Notes under the pieces: model-generated
The model's database searches: none
The model's input: only the letters and a program-made list of their open reading frames with translations
What the model was told of the DNA's origin: nothing
Made by a program: the position numbers and the translations under genes
Shown: positions 34,321 through 47,501 of the stretch, piece after piece
How the letters are laid out: every line of letters begins with the position of its first letter
Numbering within the stretch: the first letter of the stretch is position 1
Source: Mobula hypostoma
Lineage: Eukaryota
Reading direction: 5' to 3'
DNA: 64,000 nt
NCBI RefSeq assembly: GCF_963921235.1
Contig: NC_086097.1
Coordinates: 96,164,001 to 96,228,000, forward strand

Positions 34321-35887
34321 TCTTAAGGTTGGATTCCTTGTATATTGATTGTCTTCAGCTGCTATTACAAATGGCTAACACAAATCAGTGAATATTCCTG
34401 TTTCTTATCAGCACCCAAGTGCTTTCCATTTTCTAGCTGATGTTATAGTCCCGTTTGATTTAACTGGGACACAGTTCAATGAACCCACCCCAAAGCACAC
34501 ATATGGCGTGAAAATCGAGCACGAGGCAAATCCATGCGGACTCCTACACGGGTCGAGATTGAACCTGGGTCACTGGAGCTCTGAGTCAGCAGCTGCCCAC
34601 CTGCAGACACCTGGCAATTGCCATGTCACGCTCTTGTGATATGGCCTATCTGCACTACTGAGGCCATTCATCACTCATACATCTGTACAACAGTTTAGGA
34701 GCCCCTTGAGCCCAGCGTGTGTTTTACTTTAGATCAATACAACATAATCCCATTCACCCGGCTCTTTGGTTCAGCCAGATATCTAACTTCCAGACATGAT
34801 GTAAAAGTCACAGAGAATATTACTTTCAGCCCACTTTCCTCCAAAGACATGGTTCTGCACATTCTTGTTAATCTTTTTCTGAGATCAGTGGAGATAACTG
34901 GGTCATTGTTGACCAAAACATTTAATATATTGAAAATCACTAACAGATTAGCCTACTTGCTCAGTGTCTCTTCATATCAACTACTGTCCATCTATATATC
35001 ATCTGTGTGCTTTCTATAGTTTTAACCTCTGTGCATAATGGAGTACTTTGGTTTTGGTGAGTGTCCATTGTGTCCAACAATGACAGAAAACCTGTGTGGG
35101 ACAGCTTTTAGCTGTTGTACTGGGGCATTTCCACTCTCTTGACCTCAGAAGTCCAGGTCCAGTGGTACAACCAAGCTCACAAACTGGGGTCTTCCTTGGC
35201 TTCAGTGGATGACCATGACATCTTCTGCACCTTGTCATGCCCCTCGCTCTGCACGGAGCATTGCAGTACCTCCGTCCTAGCCATTCATTCTCATCCGCCA
35301 GTCTGCCGGAGCTGACTTCACACGCTAGGACAGGCATGTCCCTACGTCACTGGAGTATGAGACCGACTGTTGAAGTGGTGTACCGGATTGAGGTCGCTGT
35401 TGCATGCAAACAGCTACCTGGAGCCACAGGTGAGAGATCAGTGTCCGGTGGGGACCAAAGGTGAGAGAGCTGCCCGGAATGGACACAACAAGCCCCTTCA
35501 CCAGAGGTGCTACCCCTCCCTGGACACCCCATCCACCCCAGTGGAGGACAGCAAACACAGAATATAGCTTCAGGTCCTGCAGAAACCCAGCCACATTCTT
35601 ACTTTCATAATCTACACTTCGCCCCATTAATTATCTGGTCCTTACACCTTTAATAAACTTTGTATCTGCTCACCCTTTCTAAATTTAAACCTGGACGTTA
35701 TTTCTCTATTCTTATCAATTAAAGTGGAATACTTGGTCTTTTTCTGCATTTATCGGTCTATCTGCTGGACAAGGGTCTCCTCCACCCTTCGCATCGTTAG
35801 GCTTAACCTCGATTTGACATCACGACCAGGTATCACATTCTAAACATGAAGGTTGACAGATAAACTTCGTCAAACTTCGGTATAATC

Positions 35888-36108
35888 ATTTCATTTTCCA
35901 TTCTTTTTTATTGATTATTATCGAGATCAGCAAAAAAAAAGTACATTAAAGTAATCAAGACAACATGTCAATACTGTATGTACAATGAGGAATTAAATTA
36001 CCAAATAACTGATTAACAAAGCTAAACAATATATCAATAATAATAAGAAAAAATAAAGTGTTAAGAATTTTTTTTTGGAAAAAAGGAAAGAAAAAAAGAA
36101 CCCCTACT
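35888..36108 (-). mobile_element. Short retroposed insertion, possibly an L1 3' UTR
   Basis: Flanked by a 15-bp duplication with one mismatch (aacttcggtataatc 35873-35887 and aactttggtataatc 36109-36123). T-rich left end. Confidence 0.5.
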
Positions 36109-37289
36109 AACTTTGGTATAATCCAATGATTTATACTCCAGTCACTGCCAGTGCAAACTATTCTAGGAACTTGCAAAGAAAAATAATTTGCTGAGAGTAG
36201 GATGATATCGAAGATTCACAGTCACCTAATGAGACTAATAGAAGTGCCAATTACAACTAGTGGTATATGAGTCTGAAGTTGCTATGTGTTCTGTCACTTT
36301 ATACACAGAATGTGAAGAAATCACTATGCAATAATCATTATTTCAGTAAAGGGCTGGAGTTTTATTTTGCAACTCTGATCAGGGTCAGCAAGTTGAATTG
36401 ACAAATGGTCAAATCCTTGAGATGATTGGAATTTCAGTATAAGATTTAATTGGTAAACAATGTTTCATGGGGCTTTTGGTTACTGGTGGAACAAGAGCAT
36501 CACTATTCACATTCAGATGTCTTATCACGCCTTTCTTGTCAGAAAACAGGCAGGTAAGAAGAGCCAACTCCTAAGCCGAGATGAGTGATAATTGCGGAGC
36601 CCTAGAGGAAGCATAGTTTCTAATGTTTCTGGACCGTGTTTCCCATTCGTTCTGTTTTCTGTCCCTTGCCTTGTTGGCTGTACACAGGAACACCAGCTCT
36701 CCTCCCCCTCACCTATTTTAGTGTCCCCGGCATTTCTTAAGCTCCTCAGCAATAAGCACTAAATTCACCGGATGACCAGACGCCCCTCCGTCACACTCAG
36801 TAGACCGACTGCTAGTGTTTCTAGTCACTGTCCAGTAGCTTTTATGCTTCATTATGTTGATGTATCTTGTACTTAACTATCGTCAAATATTGCCGACCAT
36901 TCAGTGAAATGGGGAGAGTTATCCAATCAATTCCCTACGACCTCCTTATGAAGCTGCACTTTCATGTACAAGTATGACAGCACATAGTCATAACTGCTCG
37001 ATTGAAATCCGTTGGGTGCCACGGATAATAATTGACAGAAAATGCCTTCTTGCATACAAATTATTTGTAACTATCCCCCACATTGCACTTTTTATCCTGA
37101 AATTATCCCGTTTTTACGAGGAAAAGTTTTTTATAGTTTCTGTTTCAACAGTATATATAACTTACATTTGAAAATAACTGTTGACTTCATCACTTTTCTT
37201 AGGCAGTACGTTACACATTCTCCACAAGAAACTGCATGGAGTTGTGAACACAGCTCAACACATCAGGAAAACCATTCTCCCTTCCTTGG

Positions 37290-37695
37290 ACTCTTTCTGT
37301 GGAGGGAAGACTGTTTTTTGTCTGCCTTTGTTGCATCATAGTTAAAAACTCCTCTAACCCCAGACATTCTCTCTTCTCTGCCAACAACCCAGCCCAACAG
37401 ATACATGCCACTGGAATCAAGGACAATTTCCATCCTGCTGTTATAGTGAATGGAGCTTTTGTACAATAAGGTGCTCTCTTATCTCATTAGCCGCCTTGTC
37501 ATGGCACATTATAGCCTGCTTGCTCTGCACTTTCTCTGTAACTGCAGCCCTGTATTTCACACCCTGGTGTTTCTATTTCCATTTACTACCCACCCCGCTG
37601 TACCGATGTGATGAAATGATCTGCATAGATGACATGCAAAACAAAAATTCTTCACTTTATCTGAGAGCGTGTGAAAATCCAGTTACCAATTACAT
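37290..37695 (+). mobile_element. Rex1/Babar-type LINE 3' fragment
   Basis: cccagacattctctcttctct..tcaaggacaatttccatcctgctgttat followed by a UTR-like stretch, similar to the other Rex1-type ends. Confidence 0.55.
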
Positions 37696-38027
37696 TCAAA
37701 TTGCAATAATCCAATGCCCAAGAAATTGTCTCATCTCGATTTTGCGAATAACCTTCAACCGATCTGGTGATCAACTACCTATTGCAGAAGCAGCTTCTTT
37801 CTATCCACTGGAATATGTAAATCAGATTTTGTCTCTGTTCTTTCATTTTAAATGTCTTTGTACATTAAGCTATATTCTCATCATTTTCTGTCCATTTACA
37901 GGGCATGGATTAAGCATTTATCTAATCTGTGCCATTTTAACTGGGGTGAAGTTGCTAGAAGCTGGGTCCTGTGCTGAGTGAAATCTATCCTGGCAGGAGA
38001 CATACAAACAGATTCATGGTGGTACAT

Positions 38028-38272
38028 AAACACAAGAGATTCTATAGGTGCTGGAAATCCAAGGTAACACACACAGAATGCTGAAGGAACTCAGTAGGTC
38101 AGGCAGCACCTATGGAGGGGAATAAACAGCCGATGTTTCGGGCTGAAACACTTCATCAGGACTGGTTTCTTCCCCCTTCATTTCCAGTCCTGATAAGGGT
38201 CTCAGCCTGAAGTGTTCACTGTTTATTCCCTTCCACAGATGTTGAGTTCCTCCAGCATTTTACGTGCATTGT
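38028..38272. mobile_element. Inverted pair of Penelope-like pseudo-LTR pieces (hairpin-forming)
   Basis: aaacagccgatgtttcgggctgaaacacttcatcaggactgg (38123-38165) is mirrored by ccagtcctgataagggtctcagcctgaagtgttcactgttt (38184-38224). Confidence 0.7.
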
Positions 38273-39475
38273 TCCTAGTGGTTCAGATGGGAAAAGATCA
38301 CAAAGGTATGTCCTTAGACTTAATAGACGTCATTAACTAATGAGTCACTTATAGAAATTTGTGAATTAATTTCCAGAAATAAAGTTACTGAGAGAAGGTA
38401 CACTTCCAATTTGACCATCAATTCAGAAACCAATGTTTACTGTTTGCCTTGAAATTCTGGTGGGCTGTAGTTTCATGTTATGGCCACTCGTAGGTTCACT
38501 TTCCAGGTGGACACTCCTCTTGGGCTTGCATACTGAGGATAAGATCAATATTTCAAAGGGAGCGCACAGGACAAAGCTGTTGAAAGACTACCACTGTTAA
38601 GGTCATATGACCTAGAAGCAGAATTAGGCCATTTGGCCCATTGAATCTGCTCTGGCATTCCATCATGGCTGATTTATTATCGCTCTCAACCTCCATTCTC
38701 CTGCCTTCTTCCTGTCACCCTTGACGTCTTGATTAATCAACAACTAATCAACCTGCACCTTAAATATACGAAATGACTTGGTCTGCAAATAATTCCACAG
38801 ATCAAAGAAATTCCTCTGGCTAATGAAATTTCTCCTCATCTCTGTTCTAAATGGACATCCCTCAAGTATGAGGCTGTGCCCTCTGGTTCTAGTCTCCCTC
38901 ATTATAGGAAACATCCCTCTGCACATCCACTCCAACCAGCCCTTTCAATATTCGATAGGTTTCAATGAGATCCCCCCTCATTCTTCTACTTTCAGACTTT
39001 TCAGCTTCTCAAGCATCTTCTCCTTAGTAACAGCAATGACACTCACTTCTGTCCCCTGACACTCTCACATTTCTGGCATTCCGCTAGTGTACTCCACAGT
39101 GAAGGCTGACACAAAATATTTAGTAAGTTCTTCTGCCATTTCTTTGTCCCCCGTTACTACCTCTCCATTATCATTTTCCAGTGGTATGATATCTACTCTT
39201 TTCTTTCTTTTACTCCTCATATACCTGAAAAAACTTTTTGTATCCTCTTTTATATTATTGGCTAGCTTATATTTATATTTAACCTTTTCTCTTTAAATGG
39301 CTTTTTAGTTGCCTTCTGTTGATTTTTAAAAAATTCCCACTAAGTTTTGCTATATTATATGCCCCCTGTTTTGCTTTTATGCTGTCTTTGACTCCCCTTG
39401 TCGGCCATGGTTTCTCATCCTGCCTTTAGAATACTTCTTCATCTTTGGGATGTAGCTTTCCCTGAATTTCCCCCA

Positions 39476-42400
39476 GAGTCCTTATGGGTGGAGCTAAGAA
39501 ACAGGAAAGGTATGGCCACATTAGTGGGATTGTATTACAGATCACCCAATAATCAACGAGAATTGGAAGAGCAAATCTGCAGAGAGATAGCAGGCAACTG
39601 CAGGAAACATAAAGTTGTGGTGGTAGGGGATTTTAATTTTCCATATATTGATTGGGACTCCCATACTGTTAGGGGTCTAGATGGTTTAGAGTTTGTAAAA
39701 TGTGGTCAGGAAAGTTTTCTAAATCAATATATAGAGGGACCATCTAGAGGGGATGCAATATATATTAATGACTTGGATGAGGGAATTAAATGCAGCATCT
39801 CCAAGTTTGCGGATGACACAAAGCTGGGTGGCAGTGTTAGCAGTGAGGAGGATGCTAAGAGGATGCAGGGTGACTTGGATAGGTTGGGTGAGTGGGCAAA
39901 CTCATGGCAGATGCAATTTAATGTGGATAAATGTGAAGTTATCCACTTTGGTGGCAAAAATAGGAAAACAGATTATTATCTGAATGGTGGCCGATTAGGA
40001 AAAGGGGAGGTGCAACGAGACCTGGGTGTCATTATACACCAGTCATTGAAAGTGGGCATGCAGGTACAGCAGGCGGTGAAAAAGGCGAACGGTATGCTGG
40101 CATTTATAGCGAGAGGATTCGAGTACAGGAGCAGGGAGGTACTACTGCAGTTGTACAAGGCCTTGGTGAGACCACACCTGGAGTATTGTGTGCAGTTTTG
40201 GTCCCCTAATCTGAGGAAAGACATCCTTGCCATAGAGGGAGTACAAAGAAGGTTCACCAGATTGATTCCTGGGATGGCAGGTCTTTCATATGAAGAAAGA
40301 CTGGATGAACTGGGCTTGTACTCGTTGGAATTTAGAAGATTGAGGGGGGATCTGATTGAAACGTATAAGATCCTAAAGGGATTGGACAGGCTAGATGTGG
40401 GAAGATTGTTCCCGATGTTGGGGAGGTCTAGAACGAGGGGTCACAGTTTGAGGATAGAGGGGAAGCCTTTTAGGACCGAGGTTAGGAAAAACTTCTTCAC
40501 ACAGAGAGTGGTGAATCTGTGGAATTCTCTGCCACAGCAAACTGTTGAGGCCAGTTCATTAGCTATGTTTAAAAGGAAGTTAGATATGGCCCTTGTGGCT
40601 ACAGGGGTCAGGGGGTATGGAGGGAAGGCTGGGTTCTGAGTTGGATGATCAGCCATGATCATAATAAATGGCGGTGCAGGCTCGAAGGGCCGAATGGCCT
40701 ACTCCTGCACCTATTTTCTATGTTTCTAATATTGGATCTCCTGTTAGGAAACGAGTTAGGACAAGTGATGGAACTCTGTGTAGGGGAGCACTTTGGTTCC
40801 AGTGATCATAACACCATTAGTTTCAACTTGATCATGGACAAGGATAGATCTGGTCCTAGGGTTGAGGTTCTGAACTGGAAGAAGGCCAAATTTGAAGAAA
40901 TGAGAAAGGATCTAAAAAGCGTGGATTGGGACAGGTTGTTCTCTGGCAAAGGTGTGATCGATAGGTGGGAAGCCTTCAAAGGAGAAATTTTGAGAGTGCA
41001 GAGTTTATATGTTCCTGTCAGGATTAAAGGCAAAGTGAATAGGAATAAGGAACCTTGGTTCTCAAGGGATATTGCAACTCTGATAAAGAAGAAGAGGGAG
41101 TTGTATGATATGTATAGGAAGCAGGAAGTAAACAAGGTGCTTGAGGAGTATAAGAAGTGCAAGAAAATACTTAAGAAGGAAATCAGGAGGGCTAAAAGAA
41201 GACATGAGGTTGCCTTGGCAGTCAAAGTTAAGGATAATCCAAAGAGCTTTTACAGGTATGTTAACAGCAAAAGGATTGTAAGGGATAAAATTGGTCCTCT
41301 TGAAGATCAGAGTGGTCGGCTATGTGCGGAACCAAAGGAAATGGGGGAGATCTTAAATAGATTTTTTGTGTCTGTATTTACTAAGGAAACTGACATGAAG
41401 TCTATGGAATTAAGGGAAACAAGTAGTGAGATCATGGAAAATGTACAGATTGAAAAGGAGGAGGTGCTTGCTGTCTTGAGGAAAATTAAAGTGGATAAAT
41501 CCCCGGGACCTGACAGGGTGTTCCCTCGGACCTTGAAGGAGACTAGTGTTGAAATTGCAGGGGCCCTGGCAGAAATATTTAAAATGTCGCTGTCTACAGG
41601 TGAGGTGCCGGAGGATTGGAGAGTGGCTCATGTTGTTCCGTCATTTAAAAAAGGATCGAAAAGTAATCCGGGAAATTATAGGCCGATAAGTTTAATGTCG
41701 GTAGTAGGTAAGTTATTGGAGGGAGTACTAAGAGACAGAATCTACAAGCATTTGGATAGACAGGGACTTATTAGGGAGAGTCAACATGGCTTTGTGCGTG
41801 GTAGGTCACGTTTGACCAATCTATTGGTGTTTTTCGACGAGGTTACCAGGAAAGTGGATGAAGGGAAGGCAGTGGATATTGTCTACATGGACTTCAGTAA
41901 GGCCTTTGAGAAGGTCCCGCATGGGAGGTTAGTTAGGAAAATTCAGTCGCTAGGTATACATGGAGAGGTGGTAATTTGGATTAGATGTTGGCTCAATGGT
42001 AGAAGCCAAAGAGTGGTAGTAGAGAATTGCTTCTCCGAGTGGAGGCCTGTGACTAGTGGTGTGCCACAGGGATCAGTGCTGGGTCCATTGTTATTTGTCA
42101 TCTATAGCAATGATCTGGATGATAATGTGGTAAATTGGATCAGCAAATTTGCTGATGATACAAAGATTGAAGGTGTAGTAGACAGTGAGGAAGTTTTTCA
42201 GAGCCTGCAGAGGGACTTGGACCAGCTGGAAAAATGGGCTGAAAAGTGGCAGATGGAGTTTAATACAGACAAGTGTGAGGTATTGCATGTTGGAAGGACA
42301 AACCAAGGTAGAACATACAGGGTTAATGGTAAGGCACTGAGGAGTGCAGTAGAACAGAGGGATCTGGGAATACAGATACAAAATTCCCTAAAAGTGGCGT

Positions 42401-43073
42401 CACAGGTAGATAGGGTCGTAAAGAGAGCTTTTGGTACATTGGCCTTTATTAATCAAAGTATTGAATATAAGAGCTGGAATGTTATGATGAGGTTGTATAA
42501 GGCATTGGTGAGGCCGAATCTGGAGTATTGTGTTCAGTTTTGGTCACCAAATTACAGGAAGGATATAAATAAGGTTGAAAGAGTGCAGAGAAGGTTTACA
42601 AGGATGTTGCCGGGACTTGAGAAACTCAGTTCCAGAGAAAGGTTGAATAGGTTAGGACTTTATTCCCTGGAGCGTAGAAGAATGAGGGGAGATTTGATAG
42701 AGGTATATAAAATTATGATGGGTATAGATAGAGTGAATGCAAGCAGGCTTTTTCCACTGAGGCAAGGGGAGAAAAAAACCAGAGGACATGGGTTAAGGGT
42801 GAAGGGGGAAAAGTTTAAAGGGAACATTAGTGGGGGCTTCTTCACACAGAGAGTGTTGGGAGTATGGAATGAGCTGCCAGACGAGGTGGTAAATGCGGGT
42901 TCTTTTTTAACATTTAAGTATAAATTGGACAGATACATGGATGGGAGGTGCATGGAGGGATATGGTCCGTGTGCAGGTCAGTGGGACTAGGCAGAAAATG
43001 ATTCGGCACAGCCAAGAAGGGCCAAAAGGCCTGTTTCTGTGCTGTAGTTTTTCTATGGTTTCTATGGTTTTCT
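39476..43073 (+). mobile_element. Young 5'-truncated CR1 LINE (ORF2 from mid-APE to stop 42990), interrupted by a nested CR1
   Basis: ESLWVELRN..GDFNFP..SRGDAI (39476-39760) resumes as ILDLLLGNE..KFADDTK..GQWD* (40729-42990) with no stops. Ends in ttctatggtttctatggttttct. Confidence 0.95.
39762..40727 (+). mobile_element. Nested young 5'-truncated CR1 of a different subfamily
   Basis: [20 protein letters not shown] to stop 40639, then 3' UTR and ttctatgtttct tail. Flanked by an AATAT duplication (39757-39761 and 40728-40732). Confidence 0.92.
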
Positions 43074-44014
43074 AAACACCAGCCATTGCTATTGTGCCAT
43101 CATCCCTGCTAGTATCCCCTTCCAGTCAACTTTGACCAGCTCCTCTCTCATGCTTCTGTAATTCCCTTTACTCCACTGTAATACTGGTACATCTGATTTT
43201 AGCATCTCCTTCTCAAACTGCAGGGAGAATTCTATCACATTGTGACCACTGGCCCCTAAGGGTTCCTTTACCTTAAACTCCCTAATCAAATGTGATTCAT
43301 TACACAACACGCAGTCCAGAATTGCCATTCCCCTAGTGGGCTCAACCACAAGCTGCTCTAAAAAGACACCTCATAGGCAATCTACAAATTCCCTCTTTTG
43401 GGATTCAGCACTAACCGCATTTTCCCAATCTATCTCAACTTTGAAATTCCCTATGACTATTGCAACATTGCCCTTTTTACATGGCTTTTCTATCGCCCAT
43501 TGTAATTGGTAGCCCACATTGTTCGGAAGCCTGTAAACAACTCCCATCAGGGTATTTTTTACTTTTGCAGTTTCTTAGCTCTACCTACAGGGATTCTACC
43601 TCTTCTGATCTTATGTCACCTCTTTATAAGCCTTTGATTTCAGTTTTTACCAACAGAGCCACACCACCCCCTCTGCCTACCTGCCTGTCCAGTTGATACA
43701 ATGTGTATCTTTGGACGTTAGGCTCCCAACGATGATCTTTTTTCAGCCACGATTCAGTGCTGCCCACAATGTCATACCTGCCAATCTGTAATGCGCTACA
43801 ATATCATCTACCTTATTCTGTCTACTGAGTGAATCCAAATATAACACCTTCAGTCCTGTAATCATCAGCATTTTTGATTTTGGCCCCCTGTTTTTACACT
43901 TAAACTTATTCCACTGACTGCAATTTTTCCTTATAAGCTGCCTGTCCTTCCTCACAGTCTCACTACACACTGCATCTAGTTGTATATCAACTGCCCCATC
44001 CTCAGCCCTATCAC

Positions 44015-45051
44015 TCCTGTTCCCTCCAAGCTGCACGGGTATGGTGACTGTGCAGTAACTGAAATGTTCCCACGCACATAACCTTTGTTGCTGCACAGCT
44101 GGAATTTTCTTTTATATAATGCTAATATAGTTTTGAAAATATGTTAATATAATTTTGAAATTATGCTAATATAATTTTGAAATACCCTGTAATTAACTGA
44201 ATGGAACTGAATGGAAATCGGTAGCTCATTGTTAATACCGACAAAACCACAAAATGCCTACAAAAGGTACTCAGCCAATATGAACTATGTCGGCTGGTGG
44301 TGCTGGTGGTGGCATCTGACCAGACAGTAATGCGACTGGTCCAGCTGGGTCCTAGCATGCTTTCCATCCCTGCCGGGTTGAGCATCGAGCTAACAGCTCG
44401 GCCTCGTGAAAAACAGACAAACGGTAAAGAAACAGCAGGGTTACTGCCTGATGTGCCACAAGGTGAGGAGAGGAACAACAACAGCTATTGCAAATAGGAT
44501 GAAAGCATTTCTCAAAAATATCGCAGCAATACTGTGATTTGAAACTTGTCGTTTCTGAGAAAGTTAAGACTGGTTCAATTAAGATGCCCACTGATATGTG
44601 GAATTGTCAATTCTCATTGACATCGTTGGAATATGTCAAGCTTCTAGTTCTGATTGTGAACATGGATTCAGTCTTATGAAACCAGTCAAAGGTAAAAGCA
44701 GAAACAGACTAAAAGTGGAACATCTGGATGATCTAATGAGAAGCATCTTCCATCTGGATGCAGAATTAATCTGGATAGTGTTTATAGACAATGGATTTGT
44801 AATGGAGACAGACAAGAAAAATTTACGAAATTGTGAAAGATTTTCTTTGTTGTGCTGTATTTCATTATACCCTTCAATTAATTAAAAAAAATCAAAAGTA
44901 TGTGATTTTTTAATTTTCATTCTAATTATTCATAGTGCATATTACAAAAAACCCCCATAAAATACCGTGCATTTTCAGACAGTGTAAAAATTTCCTGCTC
45001 CAAGCAATGGTTGATCCACACAGCTGTAAAAAAAAATTAGAGGGAACTTTG
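44015..45051 (+). mobile_element. Internally deleted hAT DNA transposon
   Basis: ORF 44598-44885 SSSDCEHGFSLMKPVKGKSRNRL resembles the hAT C-terminal dimerisation domain. Ends tgttccctccaa..ttagagggaac. Candidate 8-bp TSD cctatcac/actatcac (7/8). Confidence 0.7.
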
Positions 45052-46257
45052 ACTATCACGTCATGAAAGGGGTCCTGTGGCTTGCCAGAAGCCTGCCCAT
45101 TCTCCTGCGGAAGGAACTATCCATGATCAAGTACCACACTCTGTCGTGCGTGCTGGGGATGCACTCACTGGAAGTGGAACTTACAGGTAAAGGGTACTAA
45201 TGCCAACATTCTAATGCATAGGTCGTTGTTGTCAGTGTGGTGTGAAATGAGATTGACCTGCATCAAGAATGTATTAGATGTAAAGAGATGAAAATGTAAA
45301 GTGTTCTCTGACTTTGCATAAGCTTTCATGTGTGTATGTTTTTAAAAATATTCAAATTTTTTTTTGCTCAGCATGACAAAACTTTCAATTTCCAAGTACA
45401 TTTCTTCCTCTCACAGATATCAGCTATCAGAACACTTCCATCAAAATATAGACATCACCACCACATCCTATACAAAAGCCCTTCTTAGTATAGCAGACAG
45501 GTTTACATCTACATATTGCAGAAAAGGTTGCCATGTTTTATGAAAACTATTTGTTTTTGAATGTAAAAAATCCAAAGGAATGTATTCCATGATTATTTTA
45601 CGCCAACCAGGAAGTCCAGGGGCCTTATCGGATATCCAACAATGTAAAATGTTCTTCCTCGCACAAGAGGTCAGAATATTTTTAATAGATTTCCTGTAAA
45701 ATAAATCCTTTAATTTTATATGCAAGTGAAAGGACAAACTCTTATAATTCAAATTCTTTCTTGCTCCTAATATTTATCAGGTTAGGCATAGAATTCAACT
45801 TTGGTGGGCAGTATTCTCATCCAATAGCATTTTTGGAGACAAAGAGTTCAACATCAGCATCCTCAAAACGTACTGCAGTGAAAAGCTGACGTTTACAAGG
45901 CGTCTTTTACTGGATGATGGGGAATGGGATGTAAAGCAGTGGTATGCATATTGTAGGGTTCTGACAGTATGTGGGTGCTGTGTCTTTGGGGGGTTGATGT
46001 GGTCTGGGAGGGCAGGAGGGTGCTGTTGAAATCAGTCTCATAACTTGCCTTTGGGGGAGCTGGATTGCTATCTCCTGTGTGTCAGTTCAGCTTGAAGCGA
46101 AGATAAATGAGGCAGCATGATGCATGGGTTCTATATGTGGGAGGATTAAATAGTTCAGACATAGAGGCTATATACTTGCCAGCCTGTTACAAAATAAAAT
46201 CCATTAAATTATCCAAGGATATTTTTCTGGCTGTAAACTTAGTCGCATTTCTTTCCT

Positions 46258-46515
46258 TAAGATCATAAAACACAGGAGCAGGATTAAGCCATTTGGCCCG
46301 TTGAGTCTGCTTTCCATTCCTGGCTGATTTATTATCCCTTTAAACTGCATTCTCCTACCTTTCCCCGGTAACTTTGATGCCCTTAATAATCAAGAACTTA
46401 TCAACCTTCACTTTGAATATACCAATGATTTGGTCTCCACAGCAGTCTGTGGCAATGAATTTCAGAGATTCACCAACTTCTGGCTAAAGAAGTTCTTCCT
46501 CATCTCTGTTCTAAA
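46258..46515 (-). mobile_element. CR1 3' fragment
   Basis: Homologous to 26110-26370 and 38600-38850. Confidence 0.75.
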
Positions 46516-47239
46516 GTGTTGGTGTCAAATGTTTTCCAAGGTGTAGTGCAAACTCTGGACAGCAAGGGGCAGCAGTGGGCCATAGTACAGACACTGGCCA
46601 ATAGAGAGGGACAGGTGGAAGAGGGTATGTTGAGAGCTAAATGTGAGCCAATCACCAGACTCCTGTCACATCCTAAACCACAACACTAGATTTGAGCTTA
46701 CACATATTGAAATAAAAACTAATCCATCAGCAAAAGAAAGTATAATTGCATGTTGTGTATTACACTTCCACTCAATTTCAAAATGGCAAATTCCCTTTTA
46801 ATTCTGGCAACTCACATATTTTTGAAGAGGGCTCAAATCTCAAATACCCATTAAATATTGTCTCTCCACCCGAGATTCCATTTTATGGGTTCTTCACCAG
46901 ATTCCTCGTAACTCTCTCATTGCTAGACACAAATTAAAAAATGGACACCCATTAAACATCAGCCTCAAACCACCAGAACCCAATAAAACATTACAATCTA
47001 ACCATTGTGATTCAATTAATGATAGGTTTTCCCATCAATAACATCTGAACACGAAATGACATGGTCCAGATTATCTCTCACTATAGAAAGCTACCACAAT
47101 CTATGGAGCTACAACCTCCACCCCAAGATCATGCAGTGTAAGATTAATGCGGCCCGGCGAACCTCAGACGGGTGGCCATGCGAGTAAAGGACACTTGATG
47201 CCAAGTCCACGGTTCAGACTATACTAAAAAACACTTGCA

Positions 47240-47372
47240 GGACTGACGAAGGGTCTCGGCCTGAAACTTCGACTGTCCCTCTTCCTAGAGATGCTGCCTG
47301 GCCTGCTGCGTTCACCAGCAACTTTGATTTGTGTTGCTTGAATTTCCAGCATCTGCAGAATTCCTGTTGTTT
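47240..47372 (+). mobile_element. Penelope-like pseudo-LTR fragment starting at a hammerhead core
   Basis: CTGACGA-agggtctcggcct-GAAA-cttc-gactg..aatttccagcatctgcaga. The 5' arm of stem I is missing. Confidence 0.75.
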
Positions 47373-47501
47373 TTGTTCAGGAGTAGTCCATTCAGGATTT
47401 GGATCAGCTCCACCATTTAATATGATCATGGCTGACCACCCACTTTGATACCCTACTCCCACTTTTTTCCCATATTCCATAATCCTTTCAACATTTAATG
47501 A

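Larger units (their letters stand above)
38600..44014 (-). mobile_element. Old CR1 LINE (pieces 38600-39475 and 43075-44014) split by younger plus-strand CR1 insertions
   Basis: Minus-strand motifs TRGHSLILEG..RRNFISQR and VEPTRGMAILDCVLCNE..EPLGASGHNVIEF. The sequence reads through once 39476-43074 is removed. Confidence 0.8.

Noticed and set aside
40645..42990. 781-aa ORF as a host gene or autonomous retrotransposon
   Set aside because: It is the distal part of a truncated CR1 ORF2. Its first ~28 codons come from the 3' UTR of the nested CR1.
46690..47235. Possible L1 or other repeat fragment
   Set aside because: I could not read a diagnostic motif or termini.
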